Assembly (NCBI GenBank): GCA_937976175.1
Contig: CALJTN010000414.1
Span: forward strand, 1 to 39,945
Direction: 5' to 3'
DNA: 39,945 nt
Source: an uncultured Clostridiaceae bacterium
GTDB taxonomy: Bacteria > Bacillota > Clostridia > Clostridiales > Clostridiaceae
Part shown: one piece after another, positions 8,991 through 18,528 of the stretch
Numbering within the stretch: the first letter of the stretch is position 1
How the letters are laid out: the number at the start of each line of letters is the position of its first letter
Notes under the pieces: model-generated
What the model was told of the DNA's origin: nothing
Databases searched by the model: none
Seen by the model: the letters and a program-made list of their open reading frames with translations, nothing else
Position numbers and translations under genes: made by a program

Positions 8991-9248
8991 ATGGATAATA
9001 ATCAAAATACAGTCCAGTTTGATTTTGTAAAAGATAAAAAAGATTTAACAAAAACTATTTTGACGGATGTATATAATTCACTTATAAAAAAGGGCTATAA
9101 TCCAGTAAATCAAATGGTAGGATACTTAATTTCTGGAGATCCAACATATATAACAAACTACAATGGAGCAAGAGCATTAGTAAGAAAGCTAGAGAGAGAT
9201 GAAATACTAGAAGAAGTTTTGAAATCTTATCTAGACATAAAAAAATAA
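8991..9248 (+). CDS. ireB: IreB/ReoM family regulatory phosphoprotein (UPF0297)
   Basis: [22 protein letters not shown]; alaS-ireB-ruvX order; start ATG 8991 after GGGGTG. Confidence 0.92.
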   Translation: MDNNQNTVQFDFVKDKKDLTKTILTDVYNSLIKKGYNPVNQMVGYLISGDPTYITNYNGARALVRKLERDEILEEVLKSYLDIKK

Positions 9249-9275
9249 AATGCCCCTAGGGGCATTTTATTTTTT
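9241..9275 (+). terminator. Intrinsic terminator
   Basis: AAAATAAAATGCCCC-TA-GGGGCATTTTATTTTTT. Confidence 0.75.
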
Positions 9276-9323
9276 AAAGACAATATAGATGAGTAACTAG
9301 GATATTATTAAAGGAGTGTTTAA

Positions 9324-9743
9324 ATGAGAATATTAGGATTAGATGTTGGAGACAGAACAATAGGAGTAGCTGTATGCGACCCATTAGGATTAACGGCACA
9401 GGGTATAACCACAGTTAAGAGAAAAAGTGAAACTTTAGACATTGAAGAAATTGCAAAGATATGCAAGGAATACAGTGTAGAAAGTATTGTCTCTGGACTT
9501 CCTAAAAATATGAATGGCACTATAGGACCTCAAGGTGAAAAGGTTCAGCAGTTTTGTGAAAAACTTAAAGAAACCTTGGGACTACCAATAAAAATGTGGG
9601 ATGAAAGATTAACTACAGTAGCAGCCAATAGAGCAATGATAGAAGGCGATCTGTCTAGGGCTAAGAGGAAAAAGATTGTAGATAAAATTGCAGCTATATA
9701 CATTTTGCAAGGGTATTTAGATAGTTTAGGAACTCGCCTATAA
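9324..9743 (+). CDS. ruvX: Pre-16S rRNA nuclease / Holliday junction resolvase-like RuvX (YqgF)
   Basis: [36 protein letters not shown]. Confidence 0.96.
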   Translation: MRILGLDVGDRTIGVAVCDPLGLTAQGITTVKRKSETLDIEEIAKICKEYSVESIVSGLPKNMNGTIGPQGEKVQQFCEKLKETLGLPIKMWDERLTTVAANRAMIEGDLSRAKRKKIVDKIAAIYILQGYLDSLGTRL

Positions 9744-9814
9744 AACATAGGCTTATAAAGATAAAAATACAATAAAAATATCACTAATTATATAATTCGA
9801 AAGGGGTAAATAAA

Positions 9815-10072
9815 ATGGATAACAATGTTGAAACTATACTATTAAATGATGAAGAGGGTAATGAAATAGAATTTGACGTGCTAACAAAACTTGATATCGA
9901 AGATAAAGAATATCTTATAGTTGCACCCACTGGAGAAGAGGATATTGATGCAATTGCACTAAGAATTGATAAGGATGAAGATGGCAACGAAGTTTTATCT
10001 ACAGTAGAAGATGATGAAGAGTTTGAAATGATTTCAGAAGCTTATGAAGCAATTTTTTCTGATGAATTTTAA
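9815..10072 (+). CDS. DUF1292 domain acidic protein (YrzB-like)
   Basis: Highly acidic; DEEGNEIEF and IEDKEY; conserved position after ruvX. Confidence 0.88.
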   Translation: MDNNVETILLNDEEGNEIEFDVLTKLDIEDKEYLIVAPTGEEDIDAIALRIDKDEDGNEVLSTVEDDEEFEMISEAYEAIFSDEF

Positions 10073-10149
10073 GCACCTTTTAGTATAAGGAAATTCTATA
10101 AAGCCAATTTAAGTAATTGTTTAACTAATTGCCTATTTTCCTAAAGCTA

Positions 10150-10190
10150 AATGATTATCAATTGACAATATCGTAATAAAGTATTAAACT
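10150..10190 (+). promoter_or_regulatory. SigA promoter of fur with an adjacent partial Fur box
   Basis: AATGATTATCA (10150-10160) abuts TTGACA (10162-10167), 17 nt, TAAACT (10185-10190). Confidence 0.6.
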
Positions 10191-10255
10191 AAAACTATAG
10201 TAAATATAATTTACACTGATAGGTCAAATCATAGTTGTAGAAAAGGGGTATAGAT

Positions 10256-10708
10256 ATGTTAAAAATATCTCCAGAGAGTATTGAGAGTTTAAAAGAAACT
10301 TTAAAAGAAAAAGGATATAAGCTTACTCCGCAGAGGAGAGCTATTTTAAATGGAATAATTAAAAGTGAAGGCAGTCACCTTACTGCTGAAGAACTATACG
10401 ATTTGGTTAAAGGTGAGTGCCCAGAAATAGGCCTTGCTACCATCTATAGAACAGTTCAACTTTTGGAAGAAATGGGTGTGATTCGAAAGCTGGATTTAGA
10501 TGATGGCTGCAGTAGATATGAACTTAGCCACCAAGATGAAAATCATCAACATCACCATTTAATATGCAATAGTTGCGGTAAAGTATTAGAGGTACAGGGA
10601 GATTTGCTTGAAGAACTAGAAACAATTGTCGAAAAAAAATACAAATTTAAGATTAAAGATCATAGTTTAAAGTTCTATGGTGTTTGTGATAAATGTGTAG
10701 AAAAGTAA
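10256..10708 (+). CDS. fur: Fur family transcriptional repressor
   Basis: LTPQRRAIL, H.TAEELY, IGLATIYRT, HHHLIC..C and C..C. Confidence 0.93.
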   Translation: MLKISPESIESLKETLKEKGYKLTPQRRAILNGIIKSEGSHLTAEELYDLVKGECPEIGLATIYRTVQLLEEMGVIRKLDLDDGCSRYELSHQDENHQHHHLICNSCGKVLEVQGDLLEELETIVEKKYKFKIKDHSLKFYGVCDKCVEK

Positions 10709-10809
10709 GTAAGAAATTCACTCTGTTAATTATACATTTAGTTTGTTAATTAAGCCACTTTAGTGGATTTTTAATATACACAAAATAAGAGAAAAGGAGG
10801 GTAGCATTT

Positions 10810-12477
10810 GTGCGTAAAGAAAGGGATAAGCTTAGAATAATTCCTCTTGGAGGATTAAATGAGATAGGAAAAAATTTAACTGCTATTGAATACAAAGATG
10901 AAGTTGTTGTAATTGATTGTGGGCTAAAATTTCCGGATGATGAGATGTTGGGTATTGATATTGTAATACCTGATGTAAATTATTTAGTGAAAAATAAAGA
11001 TCGGGTTAAGGGGATTTTTTTAACCCATGGACATGAGGATCATATAGGCGCTCTTCCCTATGTTTTGAAGCAAATCAACATACCTATATATGGTACGAAG
11101 TTAACTTTAGGTATAGTAGAAGTAAAGCTCAGAGAACATGGGCTATTGAACATTGTACAAATGAACTGTGTTAAAGCACGTGATGTTGTAAAACTTGACA
11201 ATGTATCCATAGAATTTATTAGAACTAGCCATAGTATAGCAGATTCTGTAGCTATTGCAGTACATACACCGCTTGGAATTGTACTGCATACTGGTGACTT
11301 CAAAATAGATTATACTCCAATAGATGGATCTGTCATTGATCTAACACGTTTTGCAGAACTGGGTAAAAAAGGAGTTATTGCAATGCTGGCAGACAGTACT
11401 AATGTTGAGAGGCCAGGTTATACTATGTCAGAGAGTACAGTTGGAGAAGCTTTTGAAAAGATCTTTTTTGGTGCTAAAGGTAGAATAATTGTAGCTACCT
11501 TTGCTTCTAATATCCATAGAGTACAACAAATTATCACTGCTGCAAGCAAGTATAAGCGAAAAGTTGCAGTATCAGGGAGAAGCATGGAAAACATAGTGGC
11601 GGTAGCCACAGAACTTGGCTATATTAAATTCGGAGAAGGTGTATTAATCGAAGTAGATTCCATTAATAATTATCCGGATGATAAGATAGTCCTAATAACT
11701 ACTGGTAGCCAAGGAGAACCTATGTCGGCCCTATCTAGAATGGCTGCGTCAGAACATAGAAAAGTTAATATAATAAAAGGTGATACGGTTATTATCTCAG
11801 CTACTCCTATACCCGGAAATGAAAAATTAGTTTCTAAGGTAATTAATCAATTATTTAAAAAGGGTGCAGATGTTATATACGAGACCTTAGCTGATGTGCA
11901 CGTATCAGGTCATGCGTGTCAAGAAGAATTAAAGTTAATGCATACCTTAGTTAAACCAAGATTTTTTATTCCCGTACATGGAGAATATAGGCATCTAAAA
12001 CAACATGCAGAACTGGCTGTAAAGCTTGGCATGGCAGATAGTCATATTTATGTTGGAGACAATGGTGATGTAATAGAAATCACTAGGGATTCTATTCGAA
12101 AGGGTGGCACTGTTGTGTCAGGTCAAGTATTCATCGACGGCTTAGGGGTTGGAGATGTAGGAAATATAGTGCTTAGAGATAGAAAACATTTATCTCAAGA
12201 TGGAATACTTACTGTGGTTGTAACCATTGAAAAAGAAAGTGGAAATGTTGTTGCAGGACCAGACATTATTTCAAGAGGCTTTGTATATGTAAGAGAATCG
12301 GAAGATTTAATGGGGGAAGCAAGGCTGATAGTAAGAAATGCATTGAGGCAATGTGAAGAAAAACACATTACTGAATGGGCGTCTATAAAAGCCAACATAA
12401 AAGAAGTTTTAAGAAGTTTCTTATATGAGAAAACAAAGAGAAAACCAATGATATTACCAATAATTATGGAGATATAA
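10810..12477 (+). CDS. rnj: Ribonuclease J
   Basis: GGLNEIGKN, THGHEDHIG, TGSQGEP, HVSGH, PVHGE; GTG start after AGGAGG. Confidence 0.98.
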   Translation: MRKERDKLRIIPLGGLNEIGKNLTAIEYKDEVVVIDCGLKFPDDEMLGIDIVIPDVNYLVKNKDRVKGIFLTHGHEDHIGALPYVLKQINIPIYGTKLTLGIVEVKLREHGLLNIVQMNCVKARDVVKLDNVSIEFIRTSHSIADSVAIAVHTPLGIVLHTGDFKIDYTPIDGSVIDLTRFAELGKKGVIAMLADSTNVERPGYTMSESTVGEAFEKIFFGAKGRIIVATFASNIHRVQQIITAASKYKRKVAVSGRSMENIVAVATELGYIKFGEGVLIEVDSINNYPDDKIVLITTGSQGEPMSALSRMAASEHRKVNIIKGDTVIISATPIPGNEKLVSKVINQLFKKGADVIYETLADVHVSGHACQEELKLMHTLVKPRFFIPVHGEYRHLKQHAELAVKLGMADSHIYVGDNGDVIEITRDSIRKGGTVVSGQVFIDGLGVGDVGNIVLRDRKHLSQDGILTVVVTIEKESGNVVAGPDIISRGFVYVRESEDLMGEARLIVRNALRQCEEKHITEWASIKANIKEVLRSFLYEKTKRKPMILPIIMEI

Positions 12478-12498
12478 TACACTTTAGGAGGTGATTTC

Positions 12499-12852
12499 AT
12501 GAATATTTATGATAATGCACATGAATTTGCTAAAAGTTTAAAAAATTGCCCTGAAATAACTCAGTTTAGGGAAGTAGCAAATAAAATCGCAGCAGATGAA
12601 AAAAGCAAAAAGATGCTGGCAGATTTTAGAAAAGTGCAAATTGAAGCTTATACAGAGCAAATGCAAAATGGAGAAATGAAAAAAGAAACTCTGGATAAAT
12701 TACAGAACTTGGGTTCTATAGCATCATTGAATCCTGATATAGCCAAGTATTTTCAAGCAGAAGCAACGTTTGGAACTATGTGGGATGATGTGATGAAAAT
12801 TCTAAATGATGCAATTGGAGTAGATTTATCCTTTGGTATGAATGAAAAATAG
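12499..12852 (+). CDS. YlbF/YmcA (Com_YlbF) family regulator
   Basis: MNIYDNAHE.A..L...PE, NP.I..YFQAE; typical size and context. Confidence 0.85.
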   Translation: MNIYDNAHEFAKSLKNCPEITQFREVANKIAADEKSKKMLADFRKVQIEAYTEQMQNGEMKKETLDKLQNLGSIASLNPDIAKYFQAEATFGTMWDDVMKILNDAIGVDLSFGMNEK

Positions 12853-12858
12853 ACTTAG

Positions 12859-12887
12859 TTGACTTTTTTGCAACATAATATTAGAAT
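12859..12887 (+). promoter_or_regulatory. Putative SigA promoter upstream of typA
   Basis: TTGACT (12859-12864), 17 nt, TAGAAT (12882-12887). Confidence 0.55.
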
Positions 12888-12904
12888 AAGTATAGTAAAT
12901 GCGG

Positions 12905-12940
12905 AAATTGGATACTTCAAGACGTATCCAATTTTTGTTT
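12905..12940 (+). terminator. Terminator-like hairpin between ylbF and typA
   Basis: AAATTGGATAC (12905-12915) / GTATCCAATTT (12924-12934) followed by TTGTTT. Confidence 0.6.
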
Positions 12941-12981
12941 GTGTAAAATTTATAAACTTACGAAAAAATTGGAGGATTAAT

Positions 12982-14811
12982 ATGAATTTATTTACAAGAA
13001 ATGATGTTAGAAATATAGCAATAATTGCTCACGTAGACCACGGTAAAACTACACTGGTGGATGCACTACTTAGACAAAGCCATATTTTTAGAGAAAATGA
13101 GAAATTACAAGAGAGAGTAATGGACTCAAATGACTTAGAAAAAGAAAGAGGAATAACAATTCTTTCTAAGAATACTGCAGTAATGCATAATGGAGTTAAA
13201 ATAAACATAGTAGATACTCCTGGCCACGCAGATTTCGGTGGAGAAGTAGAACGTGTACTTAAGATGGTTGATAGCGTACTTCTTGTAGTTGACGCATATG
13301 AAGGACCAATGCCACAGACTAAATTCGTTTTAAAGAAGGCATTAGAATTACAGCTTAAACCAATCGTTGTTATAAACAAAATTGACAGAAAAGATGCTCG
13401 TCCTGCAGATGTTCTCAATGAAGTTTTTGATCTATTTGTTGAGCTTGGAGCTGATGATGATCAATTGGACTTTGCAATAGTATATGCAGCTGCTAGAGAT
13501 GGTTATGCTAAACTCAACGTTGAAGATGAAAGTGACAACATGGAACCTTTATTTGAATCTATAATAAAAAATGTAAAGTCACCAGAAGGATACTTGGATA
13601 TGCCACTTCAAATGCTTGTTTCAACTATTGATTATAATGAATATGTTGGAAAAATTGGAATAGGAAAGATTGAAAGAGGATCAATTAAAAGAAATCAACA
13701 GATAGCACTTATAAGAAAAGACGGTAAGATAAGCAATGTTAAAGTTTCAAGTCTTTTCGTTTACAACGGTCTAAAAAGAGAAGAAACAGATGAAGCAATG
13801 CTTGGGGATATTGTAGCAGTTTCAGGTATTCCAGACATTAACATCGGAGAAACAATTGCAGACATTAATAATCCAGAGGCACTTCCATTCGTAGAAATTG
13901 ATGAGCCTACGTTAACAATGAATTTCATGGTTAATAACTCTCCTTTTGCTGGACTTGATGGAACTTATGTTACTTCAAGACACTTAAGAGACAGACTTAC
14001 TAAAGAACTTGAAACAAATGTTAGTTTAAGAGTAGAAGAAACTGAATCAGCTGATTCTTTCGAAGTAAGTGGAAGAGGAGAACTTCATCTTTCAGTTCTA
14101 ATTGAAACTATGAGACGTGAAGGATACGAATTCCAAGTTTCAAAAGCAAATGTTATATATAAAGAAGAAAATGGACATAAATTAGAGCCAATTGAGCACC
14201 TTACAATTGATGTGCCAGAAGAGTTTATGGGTGTAGTAATGGAAAAAATGGGACCTAGAAAAGCAGAAATGGTTAATATGACTTCAGCTATAAATGGATA
14301 CACTAGATTAGAATTCAAAGTACCGTCAAGAGGCTTAATTGGTTTTAGAAGCGAACTAATGACTGATACTAAGGGTAATGGTATAATGAATCACGTTCTA
14401 GATGGTTACGATAAGTATAGAGGAGAAATTCCAGATAGAAGTAGAGGTTCTTTAATTGTATTTGAAAGTGGAGAATCAGTTACTTATGGATTGTATAATG
14501 CTCAAGAAAGAGGAACTCTTTTCATACCAGCAGGAATTCCTGTATATTCAGGGATGATTGCAGGGGAATGTGCAAGAAGTGGGGATATAGAGGTTAACGT
14601 ATGTAAAAAGAAACAGTTAACAAACACTAGATCTTCAGGAGCAGATGATGCACTAAAATTAACTCCAGTAAGACCTATGTCTTTAGAGCAATGCTTAGAA
14701 TTCGTAGCTAATGATGAATTAGTTGAAATCACTCCTCTAAATATTAGAATGAGAAAAAGAATATTAGACTCAGGCGAAAGAAAAAGAGCACTTAGCAAAT
14801 CAAATAAGTAG
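12982..14811 (+). CDS. typA: Translational GTPase TypA/BipA
   Basis: RNIAIIAHVDHGKTT, ERGITI, DTPGHADF, GRGELHL, C-terminal SLEQ.LEF...DELVE; ATG 12982 after GGAGG. Confidence 0.98.
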   Translation: MNLFTRNDVRNIAIIAHVDHGKTTLVDALLRQSHIFRENEKLQERVMDSNDLEKERGITILSKNTAVMHNGVKINIVDTPGHADFGGEVERVLKMVDSVLLVVDAYEGPMPQTKFVLKKALELQLKPIVVINKIDRKDARPADVLNEVFDLFVELGADDDQLDFAIVYAAARDGYAKLNVEDESDNMEPLFESIIKNVKSPEGYLDMPLQMLVSTIDYNEYVGKIGIGKIERGSIKRNQQIALIRKDGKISNVKVSSLFVYNGLKREETDEAMLGDIVAVSGIPDINIGETIADINNPEALPFVEIDEPTLTMNFMVNNSPFAGLDGTYVTSRHLRDRLTKELETNVSLRVEETESADSFEVSGRGELHLSVLIETMRREGYEFQVSKANVIYKEENGHKLEPIEHLTIDVPEEFMGVVMEKMGPRKAEMVNMTSAINGYTRLEFKVPSRGLIGFRSELMTDTKGNGIMNHVLDGYDKYRGEIPDRSRGSLIVFESGESVTYGLYNAQERGTLFIPAGIPVYSGMIAGECARSGDIEVNVCKKKQLTNTRSSGADDALKLTPVRPMSLEQCLEFVANDELVEITPLNIRMRKRILDSGERKRALSKSNK

Positions 14812-14832
14812 TTTTAATTATGGGGTGGTTTA

Positions 14833-15831
14833 ATGAAAAAGATGGGGCTATTAGTTGGGTTTGTAATAGTTTGCGTATTAGCTGGTAATTTCCAGTACAA
14901 GAAAATAATACAGCATCCCATTAAAACTAATAAAGATATCCATGTTAGTGTAAAAAATGGAGACACTTTGTATAGTATACTAGAGGATTTAAACCAGAAT
15001 GGGACTATTAAAAACTCAAATATTATAAAATTTTATATCAAAAATAACAAAATTGAGGCCAGTGTTCACCCAGGTAAGTTTTTAATACCAAAAGATGTTA
15101 CAACTCTGGAGCTTATAGACATTATATCAACGGCAGGAAACGAAGAAGATATTATTAAAGTAACGATGCCAGAGGGGTTTGATATAAAAAGTATTGCAAA
15201 TGTGCTACAAGAAAAAGGCATAATAAATAAAGAAGAATTTATAGAGAGCTGTAAAACTTATAAGCTACCAAGCTTTATTATTGGAAATGAAAACCGGAAC
15301 TTTAATTTAGAAGGTTTTCTTTTTCCGGCTACCTATGAGCTTAAAGGCGGAATGAGTGGAAATGCAATAATTAAGTTGATGGTGGATAAGTTTTATAGTG
15401 CTATAAATGAAATAAATAAAGAAATACCTATAGATATGAAAGAATTGGGCAATATAATAATCATGGCTTCCATTATTGAAAAAGAAGCTAGTGATAAAAA
15501 TGAACGACATAAGGTAGCATCAGTTTTTTATAATAGAATAGAAAAAAATATGAAGCTACAATCCTGTGCCACTGTTCTATATTCCTTAGGTAAGCATAAA
15601 GACAAACTATATAATAGTGATCTAGAAGTGAAATCACCTTACAATACCTACTTGGTTGCAGGACTTCCTATAGGACCAATATGTAATCCGGGAAAAGAAT
15701 CTATTAAAGCAGCTTTGTCTCCTGCTAAAACAAATTATTTATATTTTGTTTCCAGCAATGACGGAAAGCATTTTTTTAGCCATGACTATAATGAATTCTT
15801 AAAGGTTAAAGCTGTAACACAAGGGTTTTAA
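14833..15831 (+). CDS. mltG: Endolytic transglycosylase MltG
   Basis: N-terminal TM, PEG, LEGFLFPATY, ASIIEKE, SPYNTY, GLPIGPICNPG, YLYFV. Confidence 0.95.
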   Translation: MKKMGLLVGFVIVCVLAGNFQYKKIIQHPIKTNKDIHVSVKNGDTLYSILEDLNQNGTIKNSNIIKFYIKNNKIEASVHPGKFLIPKDVTTLELIDIISTAGNEEDIIKVTMPEGFDIKSIANVLQEKGIINKEEFIESCKTYKLPSFIIGNENRNFNLEGFLFPATYELKGGMSGNAIIKLMVDKFYSAINEINKEIPIDMKELGNIIIMASIIEKEASDKNERHKVASVFYNRIEKNMKLQSCATVLYSLGKHKDKLYNSDLEVKSPYNTYLVAGLPIGPICNPGKESIKAALSPAKTNYLYFVSSNDGKHFFSHDYNEFLKVKAVTQGF

Positions 15832-15845
15832 GTAAGTGTGTTAGT

Positions 15846-15908
15846 CACATGAAAATAAATAACCAGTCAGTAGGTGTGTTTCCTTGACTTGTTATTTATT
15901 TTCATGTG
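15846..15908. repeat. 63-nt intergenic hairpin
   Basis: Perfect 18-bp inverted repeat CACATGAAAATAAATAAC/GTTATTTATTTTCATGTG plus AGTCA/TGACT. Confidence 0.75.
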
Positions 15909-15935
15909 CCTTAATGAATTTTTGGAGGTAATTAA

Positions 15936-16604
15936 ATGAGTGGGATAACATATGATTATATGGAACAATATTTAAGAGAATTGATTCCAAATAACACGGG
16001 TATTTTAAAAGAATTGGAAAATTTTGCTCTAGAACATAAAGTTCCTATAGTTCAAAAGGAAACTGCTAAATTTCTAGAATTAATGATAACTATGAATAGA
16101 CCTAAAAAGATTTTAGAATTAGGTACTGCCATAGGGTATTCAGCTATTTTAATGAATCAAGTTCTCGGTGGGGTAAGTGAAATTACCACTATTGAAAGAG
16201 ATGAAAAAATGATAGAGCTTGCAAAGGCTAATATAGAAAAATATGGATTGCAGGATAAAATTACCGTGCTACAAGGAGATTGCCTAGAGGTTCTAGAAAA
16301 CCTTGAAGGTCAGTATGACATGATTTTTATGGATGCAGGTAAAGGACACTATAATCATTTTCTCCCTCACTGTCTTAGACTCTTAAAAAAAGAAGGTGCT
16401 CTTATTGCTGATAATGTTCTTTTTCGAGGAATGGTTGCATCAAAAGAACTTGTGAAGCGCAGAAAAATTACTATAGTGAAACGTATGAAAAGCTATTTAG
16501 AATTAGTATCGAGCAACGAGGACCTTATAACTTCTGTAATACCCATGGGAGATGGTATCTCAGTTACGGTAAGAAAAAGTGCAGATAATTGCAAGGAGGA
16601 TTGA
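15936..16604 (+). CDS. trmR: O-methyltransferase, probable tRNA 5-hydroxyuridine methyltransferase (YrrM/TrmR)
   Basis: ILELGTAIGYS, DMIFMDAGKG, ADNVLFRG; lies between mltG and the U32 gene as in the B. subtilis yrr locus. Confidence 0.8.
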   Translation: MSGITYDYMEQYLRELIPNNTGILKELENFALEHKVPIVQKETAKFLELMITMNRPKKILELGTAIGYSAILMNQVLGGVSEITTIERDEKMIELAKANIEKYGLQDKITVLQGDCLEVLENLEGQYDMIFMDAGKGHYNHFLPHCLRLLKKEGALIADNVLFRGMVASKELVKRRKITIVKRMKSYLELVSSNEDLITSVIPMGDGISVTVRKSADNCKED

Positions 16605-16609
16605 AGCTA

Positions 16610-17833
16610 ATGAAACCAGAAATACTAGCACCTGCAGGTAATTTAGAGAAATTAAAAGCAGCTATAAATTTTGGTGCGGATGCTGTTTATTTAGGTGGAA
16701 GTAAATTAAATTTAAGAGCTTTTGCGGATAATTTTAGTAATGAAGAATTAAAAGAAGGTATAGAGTTTGCACATTCAAGAGGAAAAAAAGTATATGTTAC
16801 CTTAAATGTATTTCCACACAATGAGGATTTAGACGGCCTCGAAGATTACTTAAAAGAGGTATATGAACTAGGTGCAGATGCTATTATTGTTTCTGACCCA
16901 GGAGTTATTATGACCGCAAGAGAAGTTGTACCAAACTTAGAAATTCATTTAAGCACTCAAGCTAACAATGTAAACTATAAATCAGCTATTTTTTGGCATA
17001 AACAAGGGGTAAAAAGAATTGTTCTTGCAAGAGAATTATCACTAGAAGAAATTAAAAAAATAAGAGCAGAGTTACCTGATACTTGTGAATTAGAAGCTTT
17101 TGTTCATGGATCTATGTGTATGGCATACTCAGGCAGATGTCTTTTGTCAAATTATATGACAGGAAGAGATGCTAATAGGGGACAATGCGCTCAGCCATGT
17201 AGATACAAATATTTCTTGATGGAAGAAAAGCGTGATGGAGAATACTACCCTGTAATTGAAGATGATAAAGGTACTTACATAATGAATTCAAAGGACTTAT
17301 GCATGATAGAACATATACCTGAACTTATGGAATCGGGCATAGTATCCTTTAAGATAGAAGGAAGAATGAAAAGCTCCTATTATGTGGCGTCTGTATGTAA
17401 ATCCTATAGAGAAGCTGTAGATGCCTATATGGAGGACTCAGTAAATTATAAGTTCCAGCAAAGATGGATGGATAATTTGTTAAAACCTAGTCATAGACAG
17501 TATTATACCGGATTTTACTTTGGAGATCCAAACAAACAGATATATGAATCCTCTTCATATATCAGAGATTATGATATCGTTGGTATTGTGCGTGAATATC
17601 AGGAAGAAAATAAGATTGCATTAATAGAACAAAGAAATAAAGTATTTAAAGATGATACAGTTGAAGTACTAAGGCCTGTGGGAGATAATCTTTTGATTGT
17701 CCTTAATGATATGAAGAATTCTAAGGGAGAAAGCATAGATGCTGCTCCAAGTGCTCAAATGTTATTTACTGTAAAGGTCCTAGAGAAACTGCAGGAGAAC
17801 GATATACTTATAAAATCCAAGGGGGAAAAATAA
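16610..17833 (+). CDS. Peptidase U32 family protein, probable tRNA hydroxylation protein (TrhP/YrrO-like)
   Basis: [43 protein letters not shown]; ATG 16610 after GGAGG. Confidence 0.9.
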   Translation: MKPEILAPAGNLEKLKAAINFGADAVYLGGSKLNLRAFADNFSNEELKEGIEFAHSRGKKVYVTLNVFPHNEDLDGLEDYLKEVYELGADAIIVSDPGVIMTAREVVPNLEIHLSTQANNVNYKSAIFWHKQGVKRIVLARELSLEEIKKIRAELPDTCELEAFVHGSMCMAYSGRCLLSNYMTGRDANRGQCAQPCRYKYFLMEEKRDGEYYPVIEDDKGTYIMNSKDLCMIEHIPELMESGIVSFKIEGRMKSSYYVASVCKSYREAVDAYMEDSVNYKFQQRWMDNLLKPSHRQYYTGFYFGDPNKQIYESSSYIRDYDIVGIVREYQEENKIALIEQRNKVFKDDTVEVLRPVGDNLLIVLNDMKNSKGESIDAAPSAQMLFTVKVLEKLQENDILIKSKGEK

Positions 17834-18468
17834 TGGAGCGTCCGATTTTAATAGGAATAACCGGAGGAACAGGTTCAGGAAAAAGCACAATAGCAAGAGA
17901 AATCTACAAACAATTTGATGACATATGTATTGCAATGATTGAACAAGATTCTTACTATAAGGATCAAAGTAATCTTTCTTTTGAAGAAAGGATAAAAACA
18001 AATTATGATCATCCAGATGCTTTTGATACTTCACTATTAGTGGAGCATCTAAACCTGCTTTTAGATGGACAAGTCATTGAAAAGCCTATATACAATTTTG
18101 AAATACATAACAGAATAGAAAAAACAGTTTCTGTGCAACCAAAGGAAATTATTATAGTGGAAGGGATTCTTGTACTTCAAGAAAAGATCCTTCGCGATAT
18201 GTTAGATATTAAAATATATGTGGATACTGATGCAGACGTTAGGTTTATAAGAAGGCTTGTAAGGGATATCAATGAGAGAGGCAGAACAACAGATTCTGTT
18301 ATAAATCAATATTTAAATGTTGTTAAACCAATGCATGAACAATTTACTGAACCTACTAAAAGACACGCGGACATTATTATACCAGAAGGTGGACATAATA
18401 AGGTAGCTGTAGATATAATTACTGCAAATATAAGCCAAATACTGCAGAAGCAACAAAGGCAAAAATAG
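17833..18468 (+). CDS. udk: Uridine kinase
   Basis: [41 protein letters not shown]. Confidence 0.97.
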   Translation: MERPILIGITGGTGSGKSTIAREIYKQFDDICIAMIEQDSYYKDQSNLSFEERIKTNYDHPDAFDTSLLVEHLNLLLDGQVIEKPIYNFEIHNRIEKTVSVQPKEIIIVEGILVLQEKILRDMLDIKIYVDTDADVRFIRRLVRDINERGRTTDSVINQYLNVVKPMHEQFTEPTKRHADIIIPEGGHNKVAVDIITANISQILQKQQRQK

Positions 18469-18528
18469 CAGTTATAAAGTATAGAACATCTCATTTTAGG
18501 CGAGAATTAGTCTAGGTGAGGTGTTTTT

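Noticed and set aside
12859-12981. N-terminal extensions in the ORF track (typA; similarly nifU, ireB, U32, spoIIGA, ylmC, spoIVA)
   Set aside because: Downstream starts have clear RBSs and match the family N-termini.
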